Part shown: one piece after another, positions 9,481 through 18,176 of the stretch
Numbering within the stretch: position 1 is the first letter of the stretch
How the letters are laid out: each line of letters opens with the position of its first letter
From: an uncultured bacterium
GTDB taxonomy: Bacteria; Pseudomonadota; Gammaproteobacteria; Burkholderiales; CAIKXV01
Reading direction: 5' to 3'
DNA length: 64,000 nucleotides
Assembly (NCBI GenBank): GCA_903873475.1
Contig: CAIQON010000208.1
Location: 628 to 64,627 of the forward strand
The notes under the pieces: model-generated
Told to the model about the DNA's origin: nothing
The model's input: the letters and a program-made list of their open reading frames with translations, nothing else
Database searches by the model: none
Position numbers and translations under genes: made by a program

Positions 9481-10440
9481 TCAGTCGGGCCGGATCCCCG
9501 CGTCGCGCACGATCTTCGCGTAGCGCGCGATGTCCTCGCGCACCACCGCGGCAAACTGCTCGGGCGTACTGCCGACGCCGTCGTTACCCTCGGCCGCATA
9601 CTGGCGGCGGATGTCGTCGCGCTCGACCACGCCGCGTACCGCCGACTGCATCCGGCCGACGATCGCCGCCGGCGTACCCGCCGGCATGAACAGGCCGTAC
9701 CAGGCCGTGAACTCGTAGCCGGGCGCGCCCGATTCGGCAATGGTCGGCAATTCCGGCGCGGCACTGGCCCTGGACGCGCCGGTGACGGCGAGCGCGCGCA
9801 GCTTGCCGCTGCGCGCCTGCGGCAGCGAGGCCGGCATGCTGCCGAGGTACATCGACACATGGCCACCCAGCAGGTCGGTCAGGGCGGCGCTGCTGCCCTT
9901 GTAGGGCACGTGCACCAGCTTCATCCCGGACCTCGACACCAGCAGTTCGGTGGCGAGATGGGTGGAGCTGCCGGTGCCGACCGACGCATACGTCAAGTCG
10001 CCCGGCCGTGCCTTCGCCAGCGCGACCAGTTCCTTCACGGTCTTCACTGGCAGCGACGGATGCACCACCATCACGTACGGCGTGCGCGCGACGAGCGTGA
10101 TCGGCGCGAAGTCCTTCACCGGGTCGTACGGCATCTTCGATTGCAGGCTCGGGTTGATCGCGAAAGTCGAGGTGACCAGCAGCACCGTGTAGCCGTCCGG
10201 CTTCGACTTCGCGACGATCTCGGTGCCGATGATCGTGCTCGCCCCGGGGCGGTTGTCCAGCACCAGCGGCTGGCCAAGCGTGCCCTTCATCGCATCGGCG
10301 ATGATTCGGATGGTGGCGTCGGTGCCGCCACCCGGCGCGAACGGGATCACCACCCGCACCGGTCGTTCCGGCCAGGCGAAAGCCGGCTGCATCGTCGCGG
10401 CCATCACGAGCAGCACGCAACCGGCGGGGCGCAGGCGCAT
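9481..10440 (-). CDS. Bug/TctC-family substrate-binding protein (319 aa)
   Basis: ORF 9481..10476. ATG at 10440 (MRLRPAGCVLLV...) lies 10 nt after the stop of the upstream Bug gene. Motifs: FAPGGGTDATIR, LDNRPGAST, KPDGYT, HVPYKGSSA, GKLRALAVTG, PTIAESGAPGY. Confidence 0.9.
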   Translation of the reverse strand: MRLRPAGCVLLVMAATMQPAFAWPERPVRVVIPFAPGGGTDATIRIIADAMKGTLGQPLVLDNRPGASTIIGTEIVAKSKPDGYTVLLVTSTFAINPSLQSKMPYDPVKDFAPITLVARTPYVMVVHPSLPVKTVKELVALAKARPGDLTYASVGTGSSTHLATELLVSRSGMKLVHVPYKGSSAALTDLLGGHVSMYLGSMPASLPQARSGKLRALAVTGASRASAAPELPTIAESGAPGYEFTAWYGLFMPAGTPAAIVGRMQSAVRGVVERDDIRRQYAAEGNDGVGSTPEQFAAVVREDIARYAKIVRDAGIRPD

Positions 10441-10450
10441 CGCGCAAGCC

Positions 10451-11455
10451 TCAGTCGGGCGCGACGTTGGCCGCACGCACGATCTCGCCCCAGCGCTTGT
10501 TGTAGCCCTGGATGAACGCCACGTATTCCTTCGGCCCGATCACGAGCGGAATGCCGCCGACGGTCTGGAAGCGTTCGACCACGTCCGGGCTGGTGATGGT
10601 GCGTGCGGTGAGCTTCGCCACGACGTCGACGATCGGCGCGGGTACGCCGGCCGGTGCCGACATGCCGTACCAGACACCGTCCTCCAGGCCCGGGAAGCCG
10701 GCTTCCGCGATGGTCGGCACGTCCGGGAACACCGAGAAGCGCTTGTCGGCCAGGGCCGCCAGCGCACGCAGCCGTCCGGTCTTGATCTGGTTGATCAGCG
10801 AAGGCAGGCCGTCCATCATCATGTGCACCTGGCCGGTCGCGAGGTCGACGACCGCCGGGCCGCTGCCCTTGTACGGCACATGGGTGAGGCTGGCGCCGGT
10901 GCGGATCTTGAACGCCTCGCCGAACAGCTGCGGTGCGCTGCCGTTGCCCGACGAGCTGAACATGTACTTGCCCGGCGCGGCGCGGGTGACCGCGACGAAT
11001 TCCTTCACCGTCTTCGCCGGCACGTCGGCGTTGATCGCCATCATCGCCGGCAGCAGCGACACGCCCGAGATGTGGGTGAAGCTCTTGATCGCGTCGTAGG
11101 GCAGCTTCTTGTAAAGCACCGGTGCCGCGCCGTGCGTGGTGCTCGAGCTGAGCATCAGCGTATGGCCGTCGGGCGTGGCCTTGGTCACGTACTCGGAGGC
11201 GACGATGCCACCCGCACCGGGGCGGCTCTCGACCAGCACGCTCTGGCCGGCCAGCTCGCCCATCTTCGCGGCGACCACGCGGCCGGTGAAGTCGGCGGCG
11301 CCACCGGGCGGCACCGAGAGGATCAGGCGCATCGTGCGCTGGGGAAATCCGGCCGCTGCGGGCGACTGCGCCTGTGCCGGCGATGGCAGGACGGCCAGCG
11401 TGGTGGCGACGAATGCGCTGGCGACGGCAGCGTGCAAGGTGTGCTTCGGATTCAT
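10451..11455 (-). CDS. Bug/TctC-family substrate-binding protein (334 aa)
   Basis: ORF 10451..11455. Signal peptide ...LPSPAQAQ. Motifs: PPGGAADFTGR, VESRPGAGG, TPDGHT, HVPYKGSGP, GRLRALAAL, PTIAEAGFPGL. Confidence 0.9.
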   Translation of the reverse strand: MNPKHTLHAAVASAFVATTLAVLPSPAQAQSPAAAGFPQRTMRLILSVPPGGAADFTGRVVAAKMGELAGQSVLVESRPGAGGIVASEYVTKATPDGHTLMLSSSTTHGAAPVLYKKLPYDAIKSFTHISGVSLLPAMMAINADVPAKTVKEFVAVTRAAPGKYMFSSSGNGSAPQLFGEAFKIRTGASLTHVPYKGSGPAVVDLATGQVHMMMDGLPSLINQIKTGRLRALAALADKRFSVFPDVPTIAEAGFPGLEDGVWYGMSAPAGVPAPIVDVVAKLTARTITSPDVVERFQTVGGIPLVIGPKEYVAFIQGYNKRWGEIVRAANVAPD

Positions 11456-11457
11456 GC

Positions 11458-11871
11458 TCAGGTCTCCTGGGGATACTGTTTTCGAAGCTCTTCGACCGAG
11501 GCCTGCACGGTGTAGACATCGAGGATCTCGGTCTCTTCACCGAGGATCTCGAACATGTGCACCGCGTTGCCGGGGATGTGGACGATCGCCCCGGCCATCG
11601 CCAGCTGCTCGCGTCCGTGCATGTAGACCTTGACGCCGCCGCGCAGGATCATCGACACCTGCTCGGACGGATGGAAATGCGGCTTGCCCTTCGAGTTCGG
11701 CTTGACCACCACGCGGGTCATCATCACCTTGTCGCCGACCCAGGTCTGGCGCACGGTGCCGGAATGGGTAGTGAGGTTCGGGTCCGACACGTCCTCGGCG
11801 GGAATGTCCTTCCAGTCGATCACCGAGGGCGCCTTGCCCAGTTGTCCGGCAACCCAGTCGTAATAGTCCAT
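11458..11871 (-). CDS. cupin-domain protein (137 aa)
   Basis: ORF 11458..11871. Cupin metal motif region GKPHFHPSEQVSMILRGG ... IVHIPGNAVH. The stop lies 3 nt before the next start. Confidence 0.8.
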   Translation of the reverse strand: MDYYDWVAGQLGKAPSVIDWKDIPAEDVSDPNLTTHSGTVRQTWVGDKVMMTRVVVKPNSKGKPHFHPSEQVSMILRGGVKVYMHGREQLAMAGAIVHIPGNAVHMFEILGEETEILDVYTVQASVEELRKQYPQET

Positions 11872-11890
11872 CGCTTCGTTCTCCCTGAAA

Positions 11891-12142
11891 TCAGTCGAGT
11901 GGCCGGATGCGCTCGACGTCGACCAGATGATGCGCCGGCTCGTCGAAGCGGGCGCGCATCCTGGGCAGCCGGCGCACCATCGCCTCGAACGCCGGATAGG
12001 ACACGCACAGTTCTTCCATCAGTTGCGGCGGCAGGTCGAGGCCCGCCTGCCTTGCCATCCGCTCGATGTCCTCGCGCGAGGACGGCGGCAACGGTTCCAG
12101 CGTCTTCGCGCCGGGCTCAGGCAACACGAACGATCGGGTCAC
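11891..12142 (-). CDS. small AtzG/GatC-like (DUF4089-like) protein, probable partner subunit of the adjacent amidase (83 aa)
   Basis: In-frame GTG at 12142 of ORF 11891..12457 overlaps the amidase stop (GTGA, 12139-12142). Sequence: REDIERMARQAGLDLPPQLMEELCVSYPAFEAMVRRL...DEPAHHL. This resembles the small helical proteins encoded next to amidase-signature enzymes. Confidence 0.55.
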   Translation of the reverse strand: MTRSFVLPEPGAKTLEPLPPSSREDIERMARQAGLDLPPQLMEELCVSYPAFEAMVRRLPRMRARFDEPAHHLVDVERIRPLD

Positions 12143-13590
12143 TGGTGCATTCCTTCGGTCGGGCGGCGCAGGTGCCAGTCGGTCAGCTGCTGGTAGGCAT
12201 GGCCGACGCGGAACATCATCGGCTCGTCGAAGTGGTCGGCGGCAATCTGCAGGCTGAGCGGCAGCCCCTCGGTACTGAAGCCGCACGGGATGTTCATCGC
12301 CGGCCCGCCACCGATGTTGAACGGCGTGGTGATGTTCGGCGGCCGCAGGAACTTCTCCAGCTTGTCGGGGTGCGCCTTGTCCGCCGGGGTCATCCAGCCG
12401 GCGGTTGCGATCACATCGTATTCGCGGAACGCGCGTGACAGTTCGCGCGCCAGCCACAGCCGCTGGCGCAGCGCCTGGAAGTAGTCTTCCGCCCGGATCA
12501 GCGAGCCGGACAGCACCTTGTTGCGGAACATGAGGCCGAAATCCTGGGGCCGGGTACGGAACTCGTGCTCATAGGCGCTGAACATCTCGGTGATCGAGAT
12601 CGTCGTCTTGCAGTCCTGGTAGACGAGCAGGTCGGACAACCGGATCTCCTCGACGATCGCGCCGGCATCGGCCAGCACCTTCATCGCCTGCTCGACCGCC
12701 GGCGCGACATCGGGATGGCAGTTGGCATCGCCCTCGTACCAGTGGCGTACCCAGCCGATGCGCACGCCGCGCACGCCACGCGACAGGTCGGCCATGTAGT
12801 CGCAGGGCGCACGGTCGGCGCTGGCGACGTCTTCGTCGTCGTAGCCTGCGAGTGCGCCAAGCATCAGCGCGGCATCCTCGACGGTACGGGCCATCGGACC
12901 GCAGGTGTCGAAGGTGAACGTGTTCGGCAGCACGCCCTGCCGACTGACCAGCCCGTAGGTCGGCTTCACCCCGACGATGCCGCAGACGGCGGCCGGCATG
13001 CGAATGGAGCCGCCGGTATCGGTGCCGATCGCGGCAGGCAGCAACCCGGCGGCGATCGCAGCACCGGCGCCACTGCTGGTGCTGCCCGGCAGGTAGCCGG
13101 GCTTCCACGGGTTCATCGCCGGCGGCCAGGGCAGGTCCCAGGACGGGCCACCGTGCGCGAACTCGTAGGTGGTGAGCTTGCCCATCAGCACCGCGCCGGC
13201 CAGCTTCATCCGCGCCTCGACCGCGGCATCCTTCGCGGGCACGTTGTGCTGCAGGATCTTCGACTGTCCCGTGGTACGTATGCCGGCAGTCGAGATCACG
13301 TCCTTGAGGCCATACGGCACCCCGGCCAGGCTCGGCGCGAACGCGCGCGCCTCACTGCGCATCCAGAGCCGCTCTGCCTCGCGTGCGCGCCCGAGCGCAA
13401 CCTCAGGGGTCTGCGTGACGAAGCAGTGCAGGCTGGACTCGAAGCGGGCGACCCGTTCGAACTGATGCTGCAACACCTCTACCGGTGACACCTCGCGCCG
13501 CCGGTACAGGCCCAGCAGCCCGGCCACCGTCATGTAGTCGAGCGCATGCGCAGCCGGTGCCGGGGCAGCGCCGGGCGTCTCCGATGTCAC
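12139..13590 (-). CDS. amidase-signature (AS) family amidase (483 aa)
   Basis: C-terminal part of ORF 12139..14049. The GTG at 13590 overlaps the upstream stop (GTGA); an alternative ATG is at 13533. Ser-cisSer-Lys elements: YGLKDVI, GSTSSGAGAAIA, TDTGGSIRMPA. Confidence 0.9.
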   Translation of the reverse strand: MTSETPGAAPAPAAHALDYMTVAGLLGLYRRREVSPVEVLQHQFERVARFESSLHCFVTQTPEVALGRAREAERLWMRSEARAFAPSLAGVPYGLKDVISTAGIRTTGQSKILQHNVPAKDAAVEARMKLAGAVLMGKLTTYEFAHGGPSWDLPWPPAMNPWKPGYLPGSTSSGAGAAIAAGLLPAAIGTDTGGSIRMPAAVCGIVGVKPTYGLVSRQGVLPNTFTFDTCGPMARTVEDAALMLGALAGYDDEDVASADRAPCDYMADLSRGVRGVRIGWVRHWYEGDANCHPDVAPAVEQAMKVLADAGAIVEEIRLSDLLVYQDCKTTISITEMFSAYEHEFRTRPQDFGLMFRNKVLSGSLIRAEDYFQALRQRLWLARELSRAFREYDVIATAGWMTPADKAHPDKLEKFLRPPNITTPFNIGGGPAMNIPCGFSTEGLPLSLQIAADHFDEPMMFRVGHAYQQLTDWHLRRPTEGMHQ

Positions 13591-14003
13591 TTCTTCACCC
13601 CGTCGAACACCAGCTTGCGATGCGCGAACTTCCATTCGCCGTCCACGCGCCTGATGGTGTCGGTGTACACGCCGGCATGCGTCACGTGCGGCAGCGTCCC
13701 CGGCTCGCCGTTGTAGCCGAACAGGTAGCAGCGGCCGCGGATCGTGTCTTCGTCGATCTGCTCGAGGTGGATGCTGCCGTTCCAGTGGCGACGGTACAGG
13801 TGGGTGCGGGTCGCATAGTCCTTTTTCTTGTATTCGACGAGGTTGGCACGGCCGACGATGTCGTAGGTGCCGTGCTGTTCGCCATCCTCGGTGAAGCAAC
13901 TCGCGTACCACTCGGCATCGCCCGAGTCGCTCGACAGGTTGTAGGCTGAGTACAGGTTGAGGATCTCGACATAGGCCTCGGGGCTGACGCTGAACTTCTT
14001 CAT
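13587..14003 (-). CDS. SnoaL-like / NTF2-fold protein (138 aa)
   Basis: C-terminal part of ORF 13587..14525. The ATG at 14003 overlaps the upstream stop (ATGA). EILNLYSAYNLSSDSGDAEWYASCFTEDGE... and the ~135 aa length are typical of the NTF2-like superfamily. Confidence 0.7.
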   Translation of the reverse strand: MKKFSVSPEAYVEILNLYSAYNLSSDSGDAEWYASCFTEDGEQHGTYDIVGRANLVEYKKKDYATRTHLYRRHWNGSIHLEQIDEDTIRGRCYLFGYNGEPGTLPHVTHAGVYTDTIRRVDGEWKFAHRKLVFDGVKK

Positions 14004-14434
14004 GCTTTCTCCGCTTGTTCCAGGGTGGCCTTGCGTTCCGCGGCGGCACCTTCGTCCACCCCGGGGAAGATCGACGACGGGCCGACTTCCATCACCACGC
14101 CGTCCGGGCCACGGAACTTGATCGGCATCACGCCGGGCGAACTGAGGATGGTGAAGCCGCCGTCGACCAGCCGGCGGTGCACCGCGTCGGTGTCCTCGAC
14201 CGCGATGCCGAAGTGGTGGATGCACGGGCCCTCGCCCGCCCAGTTCGACTCGGTGGTATCGGCTGCGTCGTACTGGATCAGCGCCAGGTCGAAGCGGCCG
14301 TCGGTCATGTGGCAGGACACATGGCCACGCTTGCGCGTGGTCTCGGAGCGCCTGAAGCCGAATACCGTTTCGTAGAAGGTCGCTGCGCGTTCCACGTCGG
14401 TTACCTTGACTGCAAGATGCACGATGCTGGCCAT
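14000..14434 (-). CDS. VOC (glyoxalase/bleomycin-resistance/dioxygenase) family protein (144 aa)
   Basis: ORF 14000..14434. N-terminus IVHLAVKVTDVERAATFYETVFGF and HHFGIAVED are typical VOC beta-alpha-beta-beta-beta modules. Confidence 0.8.
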   Translation of the reverse strand: MASIVHLAVKVTDVERAATFYETVFGFRRSETTRKRGHVSCHMTDGRFDLALIQYDAADTTESNWAGEGPCIHHFGIAVEDTDAVHRRLVDGGFTILSSPGVMPIKFRGPDGVVMEVGPSSIFPGVDEGAAAERKATLEQAEKA

Positions 14435-14472
14435 GGGTTCCTCCTCCTCGTCTGTTGTAGTGCGTGTCCGGG

Positions 14473-14886
14473 TCAGGCCCTGAACACGTTCGCCGGATCG
14501 ACCAGCGACTTGAACTCCACGCCATTGCCCGACGGATCGAGCGCGAACATGGTCATCTGCTCGCGCACCGTCCCCTCGTGGCGCACCTCGGGGGGGATCA
14601 CCCAGGGCGCACCGGCCGCCTGCAGCCGCGCGGCCAGCCGTTCGAACTCCTCCTTCGTCACCAGCACGCCGAAGTGGCGCAGGGGATAGGCTTCCTTGCC
14701 CACCCCGACGCTGCGGTGCGCCGATTCCTCCGCCGACATCTGAGCGACGATGTGGTGGCCGAAGAAATCGTAATCGATGCGATCGGCTTCGGTTCGGCCC
14801 GCCTTGCAGCCGAGCACCTCGCCGTAGAACGCCCGGGTCGACTCGAGGTCGCGCACCGGGAAAGAGCAGTGGAACACGCGGGCCAT
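14473..14886 (-). CDS. VOC family protein (137 aa)
   Basis: ORF 14473..14955. ATG at 14886 (MARVFHCSFPVRDLESTRAFYGEVLG) is preceded by GGAGG. RHFGVLV and DPSGNGVEFK are VOC-like. Confidence 0.75.
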   Translation of the reverse strand: MARVFHCSFPVRDLESTRAFYGEVLGCKAGRTEADRIDYDFFGHHIVAQMSAEESAHRSVGVGKEAYPLRHFGVLVTKEEFERLAARLQAAGAPWVIPPEVRHEGTVREQMTMFALDPSGNGVEFKSLVDPANVFRA

Positions 14887-14920
14887 CGTGGCGCCTCCGT
14901 TCAGGATGGTTGCGGGACGC

Positions 14921-15895
14921 TCATTGCGCGACGACCTTCGCGTCGCGCAGCACACGGCCCCATTTCTCGAACTCGGCGCGGATGAACCGGGAGAACGCCT
15001 CCGGCGAGCTGGGCGCCGGCTCGATGCCCTGTTCGATGAACACCCGGTTCACCTCGGGCGTCTTGAGGATCGCGACCAGGTCACGGTTCAGGCGGGCGAT
15101 GACCGCCGGCGGCGTGCGCGCCGGCGCAGCCATGCCATACCAGTTGTTCACGTCGAAGCCGGTGACGCCGGACTCCGCGATCGTCGGCAGCTCGGGGACG
15201 ATCACCGAACGCTTCGCGGTGGTCACCGCAAGCGCACGGATCTTGCCGGCCTTCACATGCTGGAGCGCCGTGGAGGGGGAGGCGAAGATCATGGTGATGC
15301 GGCCACCGAGCAGGTCGATCATCGCCGGGCCGCCCCCCTTGTAGGGAATGTGTACCAGGTCGGTCTTCGTCGACGCGGCGAACAGCTCGCCGGCGAGATG
15401 GCCTGCGTTGCCGGTGCCCGAAGAGCCGTAGGTCAGCCCCTTCTGCGTCGACGCGAGCTTCAGCAGGTCCTTGACGCTCGAAGCCTGTACGCCGGGATGC
15501 ACCACCAGGATGTTGGTCGCGTCGGCGATGCCGGTGATCGGCGCGAGGTCCTTGAGCGGGTGGTAGCCGATATCCTTGTACAGGAAGAAATTGACCGCGA
15601 AGTTGCCGATCGCGCCGAGGCAGATCGTGTGGCCGTCCGGCGGGGCCTTGCTCAGGATCTGCCCCGACAGGCTGCCCGCCGCACCGGGACGGTTGTCGAC
15701 CAGCACCGGCTGACCCAGGGCCGCGCTGAGCGGCTCGGACAGTGCACGCGCGGACACGTCCAGCCCGCCACCGGGTGCCGACCCGACCAGCATGCGGATC
15801 GGTCGCGCCGGAAAGGCCTGCTGTGCCGCGGCGTCGATGGCGATCACACCGAGCAGCGCGCCGAGCAGCGCCGCAGAAGCGGTAGCGGTGTTCAT
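14921..15895 (-). CDS. Bug/TctC-family substrate-binding protein (324 aa)
   Basis: C-terminal part of ORF 14921..16135. ATG at 15895 with GGGAGGAG upstream. Signal peptide ...IDAAAQQA. Motifs: APGGGLDVSAR, VDNRPGAAG, PPDGHT, HIPYKGGGP, GKIRALAVTT, PTIAESGVTGF. Confidence 0.9.
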   Translation of the reverse strand: MNTATASAALLGALLGVIAIDAAAQQAFPARPIRMLVGSAPGGGLDVSARALSEPLSAALGQPVLVDNRPGAAGSLSGQILSKAPPDGHTICLGAIGNFAVNFFLYKDIGYHPLKDLAPITGIADATNILVVHPGVQASSVKDLLKLASTQKGLTYGSSGTGNAGHLAGELFAASTKTDLVHIPYKGGGPAMIDLLGGRITMIFASPSTALQHVKAGKIRALAVTTAKRSVIVPELPTIAESGVTGFDVNNWYGMAAPARTPPAVIARLNRDLVAILKTPEVNRVFIEQGIEPAPSSPEAFSRFIRAEFEKWGRVLRDAKVVAQ

Positions 15896-15969
15896 GGATG
15901 GACTCCTCCCGACTGCGTTGTGTTGCTGGATCATGCCGTTGTCGCTCCTGTACGTGACGCAGTCCGCAT

Positions 15970-17352
15970 TCAGGCCGCCGGCTGCAGCAGCTTGCGCAGC
16001 GACCGGATATCCGCCACGTCGTCCAGCGCCCATACACGGTCGAGCAGGCTGCGCGCGCGGCGGCGGCCGAGTACCGGTGCCATCAGCGGCAGGCACTTGT
16101 CGTCGACGTCTTGGCGGGTCATCGGGTTCTGCCACGCGCCACGCACCACTTCGGTATGGTGCTTCAGCGTGCGTCCGTCGATCGTCTCGACCTCCAGGAT
16201 GGCCTGCCGGCCACCCGCCTTGCTCAGTGCGGCGCTGCCCTCGTAGACGATGCGCTTGCGCACCGCGAGCACCACCGGGTCATGCATGCGCTCATCGTCG
16301 TGCGACGAATCGAAGGTGAGGCCACCGTCGACGAGCATCACCGCCAGCAGGTGCTGCATGCAGATGTCCGGCATGTCGCGGTTGTTCACGATCTCGGATT
16401 CGGTGTCCTGCACCTGCACGTGGATGCGCTTCACGTTCGCGGGCGTCAGTCCGTGCGCTCGGATCAGCGCGATCAGCGAGTCGAGGGCCGCCTGGATCGG
16501 CGAACCGACCGACCAGTTCTTGATGTTCGAACGCATGATCTCCCAGGTGCGGCCCAGGTCGCGCGCGACATGCGAGGTATCGGTGTGCTTGTCGTAGGCG
16601 AGGAAGAAGCTGCGCGCGCCGCTGAACGAATCATCGACGCCGTTGAAGCCGGCATCGACCATGGTCGCCGCGGACATCGCGTTGCGCGTGGGCATGCCGG
16701 CGAAGTCGAACGCCTTCTCGACATGGTCGGGGTCGCGGATCCAGCACGACAGGCCGGAGGCCTGCTGCGCGGTGTACGACAGCAGCCAGCGCATGCGCTG
16801 GGCATCGAAGCGCGCGAGCGACCCGGCGGCGGCGGATGCGCCGAAGATCGCACCGAACGCATGCGAAGAGTGCGCAGCCAGCAGGAACTGGATGCCGCCG
16901 AGCGCCATCGAGAAGCGTGCGCCGACGTCGTAGCCCAGCGCCACCGCGCGCAGCAGGTCGGTGCCCGAAGAGCGCTTGAGTTCGCCCATCGCCCACGCAG
17001 CCGGCACCACCGCACAGCCAGGATGGAACAGGCCACCCTGGTGCGAATCGTCGGTCTCGTCGGCATGGGCGGACATCGCATTGGCGAAGGCAGCCAGCGT
17101 GACGGAGCTCGAGAGCGTCGTGCCCATCACGGTCGCCTGCGCCACCCCGCCCTGCGTCGACACGTACTCGATGCCCTTGCGGCCCGGCAGCAGCTTCGCG
17201 CCGGACACGATCGCCGCCAGCGAGTCGGCGATGTGGTGCTTGGTCTTCTCGGCCACCTTCGCCGGCAGCGGCCGGTCGATCGCCTTCGCCATGTACGCCG
17301 ACAGCGAGCGGATCATCGGCGAGGGTGCAGCTGCCTTTCCCGCGCCGCTCAC
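15970..17352 (-). CDS. MmgE/PrpD family protein (about 450-460 aa)
   Basis: C-terminal part of ORF 15970..18621. The GTG at 17352 overlaps the SDR stop (GTGA); an alternative ATG is at 17316 (MIRSLSAYMAKAIDRPLP...). The PrpD-like two-domain length and HADETDDSH region are typical of the family. Confidence 0.85.
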   Translation of the reverse strand: MSGAGKAAAPSPMIRSLSAYMAKAIDRPLPAKVAEKTKHHIADSLAAIVSGAKLLPGRKGIEYVSTQGGVAQATVMGTTLSSSVTLAAFANAMSAHADETDDSHQGGLFHPGCAVVPAAWAMGELKRSSGTDLLRAVALGYDVGARFSMALGGIQFLLAAHSSHAFGAIFGASAAAGSLARFDAQRMRWLLSYTAQQASGLSCWIRDPDHVEKAFDFAGMPTRNAMSAATMVDAGFNGVDDSFSGARSFFLAYDKHTDTSHVARDLGRTWEIMRSNIKNWSVGSPIQAALDSLIALIRAHGLTPANVKRIHVQVQDTESEIVNNRDMPDICMQHLLAVMLVDGGLTFDSSHDDERMHDPVVLAVRKRIVYEGSAALSKAGGRQAILEVETIDGRTLKHHTEVVRGAWQNPMTRQDVDDKCLPLMAPVLGRRRARSLLDRVWALDDVADIRSLRKLLQPAA

Positions 17353-18122
17353 CGCGAAGACCCCGATCCGCCGTCGACGCTGATCATCGTGCCGCTGACG
17401 TAGGACGCGCGCTCGGACGCGAGGAACACCGCCATGTCGGCGACTTCGTCGACGCGGGCCAGCCGGCCCAGCGGGAAGTTGGTGGTGAGTTCGCGCCAGC
17501 GGTTCTCGTCGCCGAACGCCGCCTGTGCGCGGGCCTTCCAGCGCACCACCTGGCGCTGCGTCTCGGTCGCGCCCGGGTTGATGCCGACCACCCGCACGCC
17601 GTCGTCCAGGCTGCCGGTGCCCATGCATTCGGTCAGCGCCATCAGCGCGGCATTGCCTGCGGCGCCAGCCACGTTCTTGTTGGTCGGGTGGAACGGCGAC
17701 ACGCCGATGATGTTCACGATCACGCCCGACTTGCGCGCGGCCATGCCTGCGTACACCTCGCGGCTCAGGTTGATGTAGCCGAAGATCTTCAGGTCCCAGG
17801 CGGTACGCCAGCGCGCCTCGTCGATCTGGTCGATCGAGCCCTGCGGTACCGCGCCCGCATTGTTCACCAGCACGTCGACCACCCCTGCTGCCGCCGACAG
17901 CGCCACCGCCGCGCCGGGCGCCGCGAGGTCGCTCGCATGCACGGTGACCGATGCCGCGCCGAGCTTGCGCAGATCGGCCGCAGCGGCCTCCATCAGCGCA
18001 GCGTTGCGGGCATTGAGGATCAGGTGGCAGCCTTCGGCCGCGAAGCCCTCGGCCACGCCCAGGCCGATGCCCTGGGAGGCGCCGGTGATCAGTACCCGTT
18101 TGCCGGAAAGTCTGAGGTCCAT
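17349..18122 (-). CDS. short-chain dehydrogenase/reductase (SDR, 257 aa)
   Basis: ORF 17349..18128 (TTG). The ATG at 18122 follows GGAGA. Motifs: cofactor-binding ITGASQGIGLG, NNAG, and an active-site region. C-terminal SYVSGTMISVDGG. Confidence 0.9.
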   Translation of the reverse strand: MDLRLSGKRVLITGASQGIGLGVAEGFAAEGCHLILNARNAALMEAAAADLRKLGAASVTVHASDLAAPGAAVALSAAAGVVDVLVNNAGAVPQGSIDQIDEARWRTAWDLKIFGYINLSREVYAGMAARKSGVIVNIIGVSPFHPTNKNVAGAAGNAALMALTECMGTGSLDDGVRVVGINPGATETQRQVVRWKARAQAAFGDENRWRELTTNFPLGRLARVDEVADMAVFLASERASYVSGTMISVDGGSGSSR

Positions 18123-18176
18123 CTGCAAGTCTCCATTGCTGTTTGCAAGTAAATCGGGAAATCGGGAAGCGTGCGC

